Shown here: one piece after another, positions 10,187 through 20,347 of the stretch | Position numbering within the stretch: position 1 is the first letter of the stretch | Layout: every line of letters starts with the position of its first letter | Virus record (IMG/VR): IMGVR_UViG_3300025126_000736 | Strand: one strand, 5' to 3' | DNA length: 64,000 bases | Source: an uncultured virus (IMG/VR IMGVR_UViG_3300025126_000736) | Taxonomy: Duplodnaviria > Heunggongvirae > Uroviricota > Caudoviricetes | Notes under the pieces: generated by a model | Seen by the model: the letters and a program-made list of their open reading frames with translations, nothing else | The model's database searches: none | Told to the model about the DNA's origin: nothing | Made by a program: the position numbers and the translations under genes

Positions 10187-11392
10187 TTGAAAAATATAAT
10201 AAAATCAGTCATATTAATAAGTGCATTAATGTCAACTAATATTTATGCGGAATCAACTTTTTACTCAAAAATAAAGGAAATGGGTTATATTGAAGTGAAA
10301 ATAGCAGGAGAGGAATCCAATGAAGTGAATGAAAGTGTTGCGGAAGGAATGTTCTCTAAGATTTCCTGTGGTGCAATGCATTGTTATGGAATTAGAAATA
10401 ATAAACTTTATGTTGTTGGATATAATAACAAAGGTCAATTAGGATTGGGTAATAATGTAAATAAGTCTGCTTGGACTTATGTTAATGGAATGGATAATGT
10501 ATCTAATGTTGAGGCTGGTGATTATTTTGGTTACATTGTAAGTAATGGTGAGCTTTATGGTGCAGGTGATAACGATTACGGACAATTAGGGAGATCGCAA
10601 GAGGGAGGTAATGTCACAATAAATAATTGGGTGATAATAGAGGGAATGAGTGGAGTAACTGAGCTTGCGGCTGGTAAAAGCCATAGCTATGCAATAAAGA
10701 ATGGTAATTTATACTCAATAGGTTATAACGGTTATGGGCAACTAGGGATAGGAAATAAAACACCTCAAAGTAAATGGGTTGTCATCCCTGAAATGCAAGG
10801 GTTAAGTTCAGTAAAGTCAGGAGATTACTCTGGATATGTGATTAAAAGTAATAAATTGTATGTTGTTGGTCATGCAGAAAATGGTCAATTAGGATTGGGT
10901 GTAGGTTTGGTGGCAATTAGTCAATGGATAGAAGTGCCTAATTTTAGTAATGTAACTCAAGTATCTTCTGGTGATTTCAATTCATATATTATAGATAGTG
11001 GGAAATTATATTCAACTGGACATAATGCTTATGGTCAATTGGGTTTAGGAGATAGTGTTGTAAGGTATATATATACTTATGTTGAGGGGATGGATGGTGT
11101 AAGTAAGATAAAGTCTGGGAATTATCATACTTTTACTATAAATGATGGAAAGGTTTATTCGGCTGGATATAATGTTGTTGGGCAACTATCTCGTTCAGGA
11201 GATACCTCAATATTTAAGGAGGTAGATAATTTTAATACCCCACAATATTTGGTTGCTAACGGAGAAATGAGCTTTATTATTAAAGATGGACGTCTGTATG
11301 CTACTGGATACAATAATTATGGTCAGCTAGGAATAGGAAATACAGAAAATCAAGCTAGCTTTATTGAAGTTGATTTATCTTATTTAGATTAA
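10187..11392 (+). CDS. secreted RCC1-repeat protein, copy 2
   Basis: Signal peptide, ESTFYSKIKEMGYIEVKIAGE, GxNxxGQLG repeats. Confidence 0.85.
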   Translation: MKNIIKSVILISALMSTNIYAESTFYSKIKEMGYIEVKIAGEESNEVNESVAEGMFSKISCGAMHCYGIRNNKLYVVGYNNKGQLGLGNNVNKSAWTYVNGMDNVSNVEAGDYFGYIVSNGELYGAGDNDYGQLGRSQEGGNVTINNWVIIEGMSGVTELAAGKSHSYAIKNGNLYSIGYNGYGQLGIGNKTPQSKWVVIPEMQGLSSVKSGDYSGYVIKSNKLYVVGHAENGQLGLGVGLVAISQWIEVPNFSNVTQVSSGDFNSYIIDSGKLYSTGHNAYGQLGLGDSVVRYIYTYVEGMDGVSKIKSGNYHTFTINDGKVYSAGYNVVGQLSRSGDTSIFKEVDNFNTPQYLVANGEMSFIIKDGRLYATGYNNYGQLGIGNTENQASFIEVDLSYLD

Positions 11393-11419
11393 TAGTGCTT
11401 AGTAATTAAATTAAAGAAA

Positions 11420-11498
11420 GGAGTAATTAATATTACTCCTTTTTTTATTTTATTTTTGGCATACAATAATATATAGTGAAAAATAAAAGGTTATTAAA
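11420..11498 (+). repeat. repeated terminator-promoter-RBS module, copy 2
   Basis: Near-identical to 10107..10186. Confidence 0.85.
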
Positions 11499-12701
11499 AT
11501 GAAAATAATAATAAAGTCATCAATGTTAGTAAGTGTATTAATGTTAATCAATATGTATGCGGAATCAACTTTTTACTCAAAGATAAAGGAAATGGGTTAT
11601 ATTGAGGTAAAAATAGCAGGAGAAGAAGCAGAAGGCGTGAATGATGGTGTTGTGAAAGGAGTATTCTCTAAAATTTCTTGCGGAAATTCTCATTGCTATG
11701 GAATAAAAAATAATAAACTTTATTCTGTAGGAAATAACAGTAATGGTCAGTTGGGAACTAATGATAAGACTAGACGAGAGATCTGGACTCATATAAATGG
11801 ATTTAATAATGTAACGGAAGTGTCAGCGGGTGAAGTATATGGTTATATAGTAAATGATGGAAAATTATACTCAACGGGAATGAATAATTATGGACAGTTA
11901 GGTCGAAATGGGTTTGAAGAAAGTTCTGTTTTTGGTATTGTAGAGGGAATGGACGGTGTAAGTAGTGTTGAGTCTTCAGGTGGCTTTTCATATGCATTAA
12001 AAAACGGAAGATTATATTCAATCGGAAGTAATCAATATGGTCAACTTGGTAGAAATAATTTTGTAAATGATAGCGAATGGGGGATTATAGATGGGCTAAA
12101 TGGGGTCACAAAAATAAGTTTAGGTGGAATTCAAGCATATATAATAAACAATAATAATTTATATTCAACAGGTTACAACTATTTTGGTCAACTAGGATGG
12201 AACGCAACAAAGAATGCCTCAACTTTTGGATTAGTAAGTGAAATGGAAGGATTAAGTGCTGTAAGCTCTGGTCGATTTCATGTTTATGTAATAAAGGATA
12301 GTGAGTTATATAGTATTGGTTATAATTCAGATAAGCAACTTGGGATAAATAGTTTAGAGAATAGGTCTACTTGGAGTAAAATAAATTCAATGAATGGACT
12401 AAGTAGTGTTTATGCTGGATCAAGTAATGGTTATGCAAGAAAAGATGGTTTAGTTTATAGCGTTGGCGATAATTACTTTGGGCAATTAGGTAGAGACGGG
12501 ACAACTGATTCTGGAATCTGGAGGCTTATTAATGGACTAACAGATGTAGAATATATAGTTCCAACAGGTAGTGCTGTGTTTTTTGTAAAGGAAAATAAAT
12601 TATATGTAGTGGGAAGTGGAGCTAACGGTCAACTTGGTATGGGAAATAGAGATACACAGTATGATATTGCAGAGGTAGATTTGTCTTATTTAGGAATGTG
12701 A
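11499..12701 (+). CDS. secreted RCC1-repeat protein, copy 3
   Basis: Signal peptide, same N-terminal block, GxNxxGQLG repeats. Confidence 0.85.
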   Translation: MKIIIKSSMLVSVLMLINMYAESTFYSKIKEMGYIEVKIAGEEAEGVNDGVVKGVFSKISCGNSHCYGIKNNKLYSVGNNSNGQLGTNDKTRREIWTHINGFNNVTEVSAGEVYGYIVNDGKLYSTGMNNYGQLGRNGFEESSVFGIVEGMDGVSSVESSGGFSYALKNGRLYSIGSNQYGQLGRNNFVNDSEWGIIDGLNGVTKISLGGIQAYIINNNNLYSTGYNYFGQLGWNATKNASTFGLVSEMEGLSAVSSGRFHVYVIKDSELYSIGYNSDKQLGINSLENRSTWSKINSMNGLSSVYAGSSNGYARKDGLVYSVGDNYFGQLGRDGTTDSGIWRLINGLTDVEYIVPTGSAVFFVKENKLYVVGSGANGQLGMGNRDTQYDIAEVDLSYLGM

Positions 12702-12772
12702 GCGGGAATTCTCGGTAATTTATTGACGAGAGGAAGTTACAGTAATAAGATTTAATAATTAAATATAATGAT

Positions 12773-12853
12773 GGAGTAATTAATATTACTCCTTTTTTTA
12801 TTTTATTTTTGGCATACAATAATATATAGTGAAAAAAATAAAAGGTCATTAAA
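12773..12853 (+). repeat. repeated terminator-promoter-RBS module, copy 3
   Basis: Near-identical to 10107..10186. Confidence 0.85.
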
Positions 12854-14047
12854 TTGAAAAATATAATAAAATTAGTAATGTTAGTAAGTGTATTAGTATC
12901 AATTAATATGTATGCGGGATCAAATTTTTACTCAAAGATAAAGGGAATGGGTTATATTGAAGTAAAAATAGCAGGAGAAGTGAATGATGGTGTTACGGAA
13001 GGAGAAATTGTACATTCAGGAAAATTTAATAAAATAGATTGTGGAAATAGCCATTGTTATGCAATAGGAGATGGAATGCTTTATGTTATTGGAAATAATG
13101 AATCTGGTCAATTAGGAATAGGAGATAATATATCTAGAAACGCATGGACATATGTTGCGGGATTTAAAAATGTAACAGATATTAGTGCTGGACAAGATCA
13201 TGGTTATATAATAAGTGATAACAAACTGTATTCTGCTGGTGGAAATAATAATGGGCAGCTAGGTAGAGGGTCTGAAACAAATAATAAATGGGGATTATCA
13301 GTTGGAATGGAAGGGGTGACAGCCATTGCAGCAGGAGAGTATTGTGGTTATGCAATTATTGAAGGATTGATTTATTCTATAGGGTATAACGTTTATGGTA
13401 AATTAGGTAGAAATGGAAGTGTAAATAGTTCAGAGTGGGGGGTTTCAAAAAATATTGATAATGCAACAGATGTTGTTGCGGGTAAGTACCATGCTTATGC
13501 AATAAGGGATAAGACAGTCTATGCTGTGGGTTATAATGGTAGTGGACAGTTAGGTAATAATATGAGGGTTAATTCATCTGTGTGGGTAAGATCATTTATT
13601 AATAATGTTGATAAGGTGTCTGCTGGTCAATATAGTGGATATGCATTAAGTGGAGGGAAGGCTTATTCGGTAGGAAAGAATAGTTATGGTCAGTTAGGCA
13701 TAAATAATAAAGATGATAAAATGTCTTGGGTATTGTCAAGTAGTATATACACAGTTAATGATATTGATTCTGGTTTAGGCCATGCATATATGATAAGTGG
13801 CGGCCAATTATACTCAACAGGTTCTAATTCAACAGGTCAATTAGGTATAGTTTCTGGTGACTTACAAAAATGGACTTTGGTTGAGGGAATGAATAACGTA
13901 AGTAAAATTTATGCAGCAGATAATTCCGCTTATGCAATAAAAGATGGTGAGTTATATGTAGTTGGTTCTAATAGTTTTGGAATGCTTGGTATTGAAAATG
14001 TTAATAAAAACATATTTACAAAAGTTGAAGTAAAAATAAGTCAATAA
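12854..14047 (+). CDS. secreted RCC1-repeat protein, copy 4
   Basis: Signal peptide, FYSKIKGMGYIEVKIAGE, GxNxxGQLG repeats. Confidence 0.85.
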   Translation: MKNIIKLVMLVSVLVSINMYAGSNFYSKIKGMGYIEVKIAGEVNDGVTEGEIVHSGKFNKIDCGNSHCYAIGDGMLYVIGNNESGQLGIGDNISRNAWTYVAGFKNVTDISAGQDHGYIISDNKLYSAGGNNNGQLGRGSETNNKWGLSVGMEGVTAIAAGEYCGYAIIEGLIYSIGYNVYGKLGRNGSVNSSEWGVSKNIDNATDVVAGKYHAYAIRDKTVYAVGYNGSGQLGNNMRVNSSVWVRSFINNVDKVSAGQYSGYALSGGKAYSVGKNSYGQLGINNKDDKMSWVLSSSIYTVNDIDSGLGHAYMISGGQLYSTGSNSTGQLGIVSGDLQKWTLVEGMNNVSKIYAADNSAYAIKDGELYVVGSNSFGMLGIENVNKNIFTKVEVKISQ

Positions 14048-14146
14048 GTATACTATTGGCTATTTGAGGTATTTTACGATTTAATTTGTAGTGTAGAGTG
14101 ATAATTGTGATTATTTTTTTATAAAAAATAAAATGGGATAAAAAAA

Positions 14147-15343
14147 ATGAAGAAAATAAAAAGTATAATTTATGTATTAATTGTATTTATGTCAACAGGA
14201 ATTTTGGCAGAGAGTAAGTATTATTCAAAAATAAATGGTAATAATATTGTTGTTGTGAAAGATGGTATTGTAGAGGAAGAAATTCCAGAAGTAACCAATT
14301 TTGAAGAAATAGGTTGTAATTTATATAATTGTCTTGCAATAGCTAATAATAGGCTTTATGGAGTGGGATATAACTTAAATAAGGTTTTTGGAAACATAGA
14401 AGTGAAAAAATATGAAAAATGGATTTATATTGAAGGGATGGATGGTGTAACACATTTGTCGGTAGAAACTAATAATAGTTATATAGTGAAAAATGGAAAG
14501 ATATATGGATCTGGCTATAATTACAAAGGGCAGTTAGGCTATACTGGAAGTACGGACGCTGTACTAGGTTGGAAGTTAATCGAAGGATTGGAAGACGTAT
14601 CTGAAATAAAAGCTGGATATAACAGTGTTTACGCACTAAAGGGAGGAAAGCTATATTCACTAGGAGATAATACGAGTGGGCAGTTAGGTAGAAATGGTTA
14701 TACCGATTCTGATAAATGGGGTATTGTGTCTGGATATAGTAATATTGCGAAATTAAAGGTTACAGGTAGTTCAGTATACATAAAGGTTGGTAATAGTATA
14801 TATTCAGTGGGACACAATATGTATGGTCAACTAGGTAGAAATGGAACAGTAAAAAATAATACATTTGGTGTAATAACAGGTATAAATAATATAGCTGATT
14901 TATATGGGGGGAGGTATAATTTATTTGTAAAAGTAAGTGGAGATCTTTATGGTATTGGTATTAATACTCAAGGTCAAATGGGCTTAGGCAATAAAACTAA
15001 TCAAACAAGTTTTAAGAAAATATCTGGATTTACTAATACTGTAACAGAAGTTGTAGGAAGCATATATGCGACCTTTATTATAAGTAATGGTCAGTTATAT
15101 TCTTCTGGAACTAATAGTTCTGGTGTGTTAGGTAGGAATGGCGGTAGTGACGATTACATATTTGGGAAAGTGCAAGGTTTAAATAATGTTAAAAAAGTTG
15201 GAGTGACTGCAACAAGTGTTTATGTGATAACCGAAGAAGGACTATATTCATTTGGAAATAATAGTCATGGACAATTAGGAATAGGAAATACAGAAGGCAA
15301 GAACGAGCCAGTAAAAGTAGGTTTGTCACATCTTAATAAGTAA
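14147..15343 (+). CDS. secreted RCC1-repeat protein, copy 5 (more divergent)
   Basis: Signal peptide, ESKYYSKI, GxNxxGQLG repeats. Confidence 0.85.
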   Translation: MKKIKSIIYVLIVFMSTGILAESKYYSKINGNNIVVVKDGIVEEEIPEVTNFEEIGCNLYNCLAIANNRLYGVGYNLNKVFGNIEVKKYEKWIYIEGMDGVTHLSVETNNSYIVKNGKIYGSGYNYKGQLGYTGSTDAVLGWKLIEGLEDVSEIKAGYNSVYALKGGKLYSLGDNTSGQLGRNGYTDSDKWGIVSGYSNIAKLKVTGSSVYIKVGNSIYSVGHNMYGQLGRNGTVKNNTFGVITGINNIADLYGGRYNLFVKVSGDLYGIGINTQGQMGLGNKTNQTSFKKISGFTNTVTEVVGSIYATFIISNGQLYSSGTNSSGVLGRNGGSDDYIFGKVQGLNNVKKVGVTATSVYVITEEGLYSFGNNSHGQLGIGNTEGKNEPVKVGLSHLNK

Positions 15344-15356
15344 GAAAACAAAAGAT

Positions 15357-15740
15357 TTACTTATTATTTTTAAAAGCAAGAAATTCAAGAGATTTCTTCC
15401 AAAGTTCGACAGACTTTCTTGTTGAAGATATAGGTAATTTTCTTTTTTTATTTTTTACAACATTTGGATTTTTAGCATACCAAAAATCTCTATCCCAGTC
15501 TTGATTAATATCATCAACGGGTACATGGATTTTGTATGAGTCAAGGTTGGGTTCTTCTTCTAAGTGCAGACGTTCGATATGTACTGAGTGAAAATATTTT
15601 GTATAATGAAATTTTGAAGCCCAAGCTTGATATTCATCAAATGATAAACTATTGATAAGTTGTTTAAAATTAATAATCCCCACGTCCTCATATCGAACAA
15701 GTCCATAGTTTTCAGTATTGTGTTTGGTAATCTTACTCAT
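15357..15740 (-). CDS. hypothetical protein, paralog family A (1 of 3)
   Basis: YGxxxYExxG...VPxDDINxDW...WY...KLPI shared with the next two genes. Confidence 0.7.
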   Translation of the reverse strand: MSKITKHNTENYGLVRYEDVGIINFKQLINSLSFDEYQAWASKFHYTKYFHSVHIERLHLEEEPNLDSYKIHVPVDDINQDWDRDFWYAKNPNVVKNKKRKLPISSTRKSVELWKKSLEFLAFKNNK

Positions 15741-15801
15741 AAGTTATAGCCTTAAATTATTTTACTTATAATAACATTTTAGGTAATCAGCATCAAGCAT
15801 A

Positions 15802-16206
15802 TTACTTATCTTTTAAGTAAATATTTTGTAAATGATTTTTCCAAACGGTAACTTGTTTTCTTGATGTTGTTATTGGTAACTTTTGTTTTTTTGCTTTCTT
15901 TATGTAAGGATATTTATTGTACCAATATTCTGGATTCCAATCTTGATTAATATCATCAATAGGAACAAAGACCTTGTAGGACGCTAGATCGTTATTTTCT
16001 GGAAATAATTTACTCTCCGCAAATTTTTCAATAAAAAAAGATTCAAAGTAGCTTATATAATGATATTTGTCTTGCCAAATCAAGTAGTCTTTTTGTCCAA
16101 GTAGTTTAATGAGTTTGGAAAAATCAACAATGCCTACCATTTCATAATTAATAAATCCATAATTTTCGCTAAATACCTTTACTATATTGTTTATTTTTTT
16201 ATCCAT
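15802..16206 (-). CDS. hypothetical protein, paralog family A (2 of 3)
   Basis: Same motif set. Confidence 0.7.
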   Translation of the reverse strand: MDKKINNIVKVFSENYGFINYEMVGIVDFSKLIKLLGQKDYLIWQDKYHYISYFESFFIEKFAESKLFPENNDLASYKVFVPIDDINQDWNPEYWYNKYPYIKKAKKQKLPITTSRKQVTVWKNHLQNIYLKDK

Positions 16207-16214
16207 AAAAAGTT

Positions 16215-16613
16215 TTAATCCTTATTAATTAAATTATAAATGCTAGTCAGTTTTTTTTGCCAAATCACAACATTCTTTCTGGAGACACTTATTGGGAGTT
16301 TTCGCTGTTTAGTCCTTTTAATCGTTGGGTTATTGTTATACCAGTGTTCTGGGTTCCAATCATGATTTATATCATCAGTTGGGACAAAAATATTGTAAGT
16401 AGCCAATTCCTGATTAGCAAGAGAAATCTCAGTATTTGGGATTTTTTCAACATATGATGTTGGAAAGAATTTTCGATAATGATATTTATTATACCATTTA
16501 AAAAAAACATCTGCTTCTACATTTTGAATGATTTTTGGGAAATCAACGGTTCCAATCATTTCGTATTTTACAAAACCATATGTTTTACTAAATTTCTCAA
16601 TATTACTCATCAT
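16215..16613 (-). CDS. hypothetical protein, paralog family A (3 of 3)
   Basis: Same motif set. Confidence 0.7.
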   Translation of the reverse strand: MMSNIEKFSKTYGFVKYEMIGTVDFPKIIQNVEADVFFKWYNKYHYRKFFPTSYVEKIPNTEISLANQELATYNIFVPTDDINHDWNPEHWYNNNPTIKRTKQRKLPISVSRKNVVIWQKKLTSIYNLINKD

Positions 16614-16625
16614 TAAAGTCAGCGA

Positions 16626-17138
16626 TTAATGGTTATCGGTTTTATCTAAAAGAGGCTTAAAAACAAACCCCTTAATAAAGTTACCATCTGAACGCTTAAC
16701 GTCTCTAAATGCCAGAGATAATGATTCATGTATTTCTATTAAAAAATCTGTGCTTGTTCCTAAATGTAGTGACAAGTAATATGAATCATCTTCTGATTTA
16801 TATTTTATTGTAAAGCCGCGCCAATCAAAACGATAAGATTTTAAGTTACTAGCTTCTTCTAGAAACTCGAAATAATCATGTTCCTCATGTTTTTTAAATT
16901 TATGCTCTTGAAATAGTTTGTGGTGGTAATCATCCATGTTGGAAACGATATCCCAAGACTTTGCAATATGATTATCAATAATATTTAATAAATCCTCTTT
17001 AATTTCCTTATTGTATTTTTTTTCTTTTTTTTCATCAAACATAAGCCAAAAAATAAGTAAGAGGACTGCAAAAATAACAATCGCAAAAAGGGAGGCAGTT
17101 ATTGTGAAATCGCTATATTGTGATGTGAGATTAGTCAT
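16626..17138 (-). CDS. single-pass membrane hypothetical protein
   Basis: N-terminal TM helix; overlaps the end of the upstream gene. Confidence 0.6.
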   Translation of the reverse strand: MTNLTSQYSDFTITASLFAIVIFAVLLLIFWLMFDEKKEKKYNKEIKEDLLNIIDNHIAKSWDIVSNMDDYHHKLFQEHKFKKHEEHDYFEFLEEASNLKSYRFDWRGFTIKYKSEDDSYYLSLHLGTSTDFLIEIHESLSLAFRDVKRSDGNFIKGFVFKPLLDKTDNH

Positions 17139-17595
17139 TTTTATCTTCTTCCTTTTTAAGAAAATCTTCGGTCAATTTAACTAAAAATAATATTTTATAA
17201 AAATAGGTGCCTGAAAATATAGTAAGAAATAAAAGTAATGGTAACAACCCATCAATCCAGCTATCTTCGAGATATTGTGTTGTAACAATTGAGTTGATAA
17301 GGAGTAAACAAGAAGTAGTCATTATAAAATAATTAATAAAATGATATATTAAAAATAATCGGATATAAGCTCGTAAAAGAAATGATAAGTAAATTGCAAT
17401 TATAGAAGCAACAAAGATTGTAACAAATAAAGCAGAGTAAGGTTGCAATTCAGCGAATAATAAAAGTGTTTTATCTTTGCCAATTAAGTAAAAATAGACA
17501 TTATTTAAAGAAAACGTAAATACCATTGCCGTAAATATAGTTTGTCTGTATAGGCTAAATTTAGGCATAAAATGTAATATTATTTTTTCAATCAT
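17131..17595 (-). CDS. multi-pass membrane hypothetical protein
   Basis: About four hydrophobic segments. Confidence 0.6.
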   Translation of the reverse strand: MIEKIILHFMPKFSLYRQTIFTAMVFTFSLNNVYFYLIGKDKTLLLFAELQPYSALFVTIFVASIIAIYLSFLLRAYIRLFLIYHFINYFIMTTSCLLLINSIVTTQYLEDSWIDGLLPLLLFLTIFSGTYFYKILFLVKLTEDFLKKEEDKND

Positions 17596-17663
17596 GATGT
17601 TCTCTTTATTTATTTATGGAAATCAATTATACTATATGGTGATTATTAAGTCAAATAAGATAG

Positions 17664-18206
17664 TTAAAAACATTCTATCTTATTTGAAACGATAAGTCTT
17701 TGCTGTTGTTTGAATAAATTCTTGTCTTTTTCTATCAATTTTGATGAAATTAATTTATGATATTTCTGAAAAAGCAAGAATGTTGAGTCATTTTTAAAAA
17801 AAACACTGGTAAGCCTATGTTGAAGAGACTTATTTCTTCTTAAATTAATGATTTTTTTGCATAATTTTTTACTTAAATCTTTATTGTTTTGCTTTAATAA
17901 AAGTTTGGCAATTAAATTAACGTGATTATATTCGGCATATTCAAAATAATATGATATAAGATTTTCAATGCAATACTCTGCAATATCTTTTGATATTTTA
18001 TTTTCATTTAAAAGTTGAGTATAAAAACTAAAATCAGATCGAAAAAGTGAAATAATGATATTTCTATAGAAATAAGGTTTTAATTGAACTTCCGTGTTTT
18101 TAACTTCTTTTAATAGTTTTTGATGTAGAACGCAATTAAAACTAGGGTGGCTAATTATCCAATCGAATACGTCTTCAAATGCTTTATAATGAACTTGAGT
18201 TAACAT
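17664..18206 (-). CDS. hypothetical helical protein with KIxxF C-terminus
   Basis: 180-aa ORF ending VSNKIECF*. Confidence 0.6.
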   Translation of the reverse strand: MLTQVHYKAFEDVFDWIISHPSFNCVLHQKLLKEVKNTEVQLKPYFYRNIIISLFRSDFSFYTQLLNENKISKDIAEYCIENLISYYFEYAEYNHVNLIAKLLLKQNNKDLSKKLCKKIINLRRNKSLQHRLTSVFFKNDSTFLLFQKYHKLISSKLIEKDKNLFKQQQRLIVSNKIECF

Positions 18207-18315
18207 ATTTTTCTCTTTTAGTGGAATAATTATATTGTATTGTATGAATTTTTAGAGGATAAGTCAAATATTAAAACTCCAATAACTTTAATATAATTAA
18301 TGGAGTTTTAAGAAA

Positions 18316-19104
18316 TTATAAACAATTAGTATTGGATATGATAATAGAAAGTTTTTTCAGTGTTTCCTCACTTATTGAGATGAGTTCTTTTTGAGGATGA
18401 ACACTTTTATAGAAATTATCATGAATGATATAAATCATTAGTTGAGTAATTTCATATGACAATAATTCAAAACTAATTCCATTAATACTTGATTTGTGAC
18501 TATTGATATCAATAGAGTAATCTGAGTTTGTATAAAACTCCATATCGATTTCTAATTCTGTATTATCATTAAAACTTAAAATATAAAGCAACTCGTTTTC
18601 ATGATCTTCACTAAATGAGTCAATATGAATAGATTTGATATTGGTGGAAAAACTTTTTAAAATAAGATTGAATACATCTTGGTCTTCACCAGCAAGATCA
18701 TCGCCTTCAAGAAACTTAAACTCTTCTGATTGAGATAAAATAAGAAGATTTGATTTAGCCTTCTCTAAAATAGTGAAGTATTGACTACTATTATCTTGGT
18801 TAGATAAAGTATCAATAATATTTTTTAGTCCTAAAATAATATTTTGCTTACTTAAGCTTTCTTTTGTTTTGGCTTCTGCAATAGCTGCATTAATGTCATT
18901 TTGGCCTAACATTTTTTTTGTTAACTCAAGAGCTTGACTGTTTTTAATAGTATTTGCACCTTTAGAGCCAATAGCTCGTTCAAGCAATTCAGCAGTATTT
19001 GGATCGGTGATAATAGGTTTTATTAACCAAGACACAGTATCTAAATTAAGTGTTGTTTTGAGAGAGCTTGAAAGCGAATTAATTTCTTTTGAAGTAAGTT
19101 GCAT
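18316..19104 (-). CDS. hypothetical protein with Glyoxalase_8-like N-terminal motif
   Basis: IKNSQALELTKKMLGQNDINAAIA resembles the (H/N)SQALELxAxxxGxxDWN motif; GAGG RBS. Confidence 0.5.
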   Translation of the reverse strand: MQLTSKEINSLSSSLKTTLNLDTVSWLIKPIITDPNTAELLERAIGSKGANTIKNSQALELTKKMLGQNDINAAIAEAKTKESLSKQNIILGLKNIIDTLSNQDNSSQYFTILEKAKSNLLILSQSEEFKFLEGDDLAGEDQDVFNLILKSFSTNIKSIHIDSFSEDHENELLYILSFNDNTELEIDMEFYTNSDYSIDINSHKSSINGISFELLSYEITQLMIYIIHDNFYKSVHPQKELISISEETLKKLSIIISNTNCL

Positions 19105-19265
19105 GTTATATAACCTCTATTAGTTTACAATATAATTAGTTTTCTTCGTTACCATTAATTGTAATAATAGGAATTATATTTACAATAATGTTTTTTTAAA
19201 AATAATCTGTTGCACACAAGGAAGAACGCACAGAAGATCAATCTGTATCTCAACGAGACAACATT

Positions 19266-19294
19266 ATTATAGCAAGAAGATTATTGTGGTGCAA
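19266..19294 (-). promoter_or_regulatory. sigma70 promoter for the 18316..19104 gene, giving a long leader
   Basis: TTGCAC-17 nt-TATAAT on the minus strand. Confidence 0.65.
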
Positions 19295-19404
19295 GCTATA
19301 TTTAGGTTTAATGGGTTTTTAATTAAATAAAATTTATTGATATTGTTTGAGAAATTTGTTATAATGATTAAATTAATAAATAATGGCTTATAAGGTGATA
19401 TAGA

Positions 19405-20298
19405 ATGCTAAAGAAAATAAAAAAAGAATTGGTTGCCTCACTAAAAAAAGATGTAATAAGACTTGGGAGTGATTTCTTCTCTAAATTTAGTTCTTCATTT
19501 TCATTTTCATCAATTAATAAACAAGATATTATGCATTACATAAATAATAATGGGTACAGAAAAGACAGTATGCTAATCGGTGATGGTTTTACAATAGCTA
19601 GGGAGTTAAGAGATTATTTATTTGTATTTTCTTTTGGTACACTATTGGAGGCGAATAATGAAAAGCACATTATAGATAATGCGCTAATTAACATATCTAT
19701 TTGTAAAAAAAACCAAAATAGCGCAAAAAATGGAATAATGAAATATAGTGAATTTACTGAATTTTTAAATGAATTTATTGAAATATATAGCTTTTTTGAA
19801 GAAAATGAGGTATTTAATTATTCGCAAAAAAGCCCGATAGGAATTCGAATTGATTTTCTAGAAAAAATAATGATGAGTAGAAAAAAGGAAAGAAATGAAT
19901 TTTTATTTAATTTTAATAAAAACAAGGATGAACTTCGTGACGTTTTATTATATAAAAATAAGTTTCTTGAATGTAGGCGTGAAGTTAATAAAAATGTGAA
20001 GAAATACAAAACAATTGATAAAGGTTTTTCAAGTAAGGAAGTAGACAATAATGAAAAAGAAATAAAAAGACTGAAAAGCGAAATACGTAAATTAGAGAAT
20101 AATAATAAAGAAATTAAAGAAAATTCATTAAAGAATCAATCTGAAAAATTGGAAAATAGTTATCGCTTAAAAAGTGAAAGTGAGGCTGAATATTTGCGTT
20201 GTGCAAGAAGTGCAGCTAATGAGATATTTATACAAAAAAGACAGCCTAGTGAGAATTTTAAAGAATTATATAGTTATATTTTTGAGACTCAATATTAA
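19405..20298 (+). CDS. hypothetical coiled-coil protein
   Basis: 297-aa ORF, AAGGTG RBS, TATAAT promoter. Confidence 0.65.
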   Translation: MLKKIKKELVASLKKDVIRLGSDFFSKFSSSFSFSSINKQDIMHYINNNGYRKDSMLIGDGFTIARELRDYLFVFSFGTLLEANNEKHIIDNALINISICKKNQNSAKNGIMKYSEFTEFLNEFIEIYSFFEENEVFNYSQKSPIGIRIDFLEKIMMSRKKERNEFLFNFNKNKDELRDVLLYKNKFLECRREVNKNVKKYKTIDKGFSSKEVDNNEKEIKRLKSEIRKLENNNKEIKENSLKNQSEKLENSYRLKSESEAEYLRCARSAANEIFIQKRQPSENFKELYSYIFETQY

Positions 20299-20313
20299 TG
20301 ATGAGTTCATTGT

Positions 20314-20344
20314 AAAAAAAGATGCTAAATTAGCATCTTTTTTT
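20314..20344. terminator. bidirectional intrinsic terminator
   Basis: A-run GATGCTAA-AT-TAGCATC T-run between convergent genes. Confidence 0.75.
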
Positions 20345-20347
20345 ATT

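Noticed and set aside
8883..15343. RCC1 array as a diversity-generating retroelement or shufflon
   Set aside because: No reverse transcriptase, template/variable repeat pair, invertase or inverted recombination sites seen in the window.
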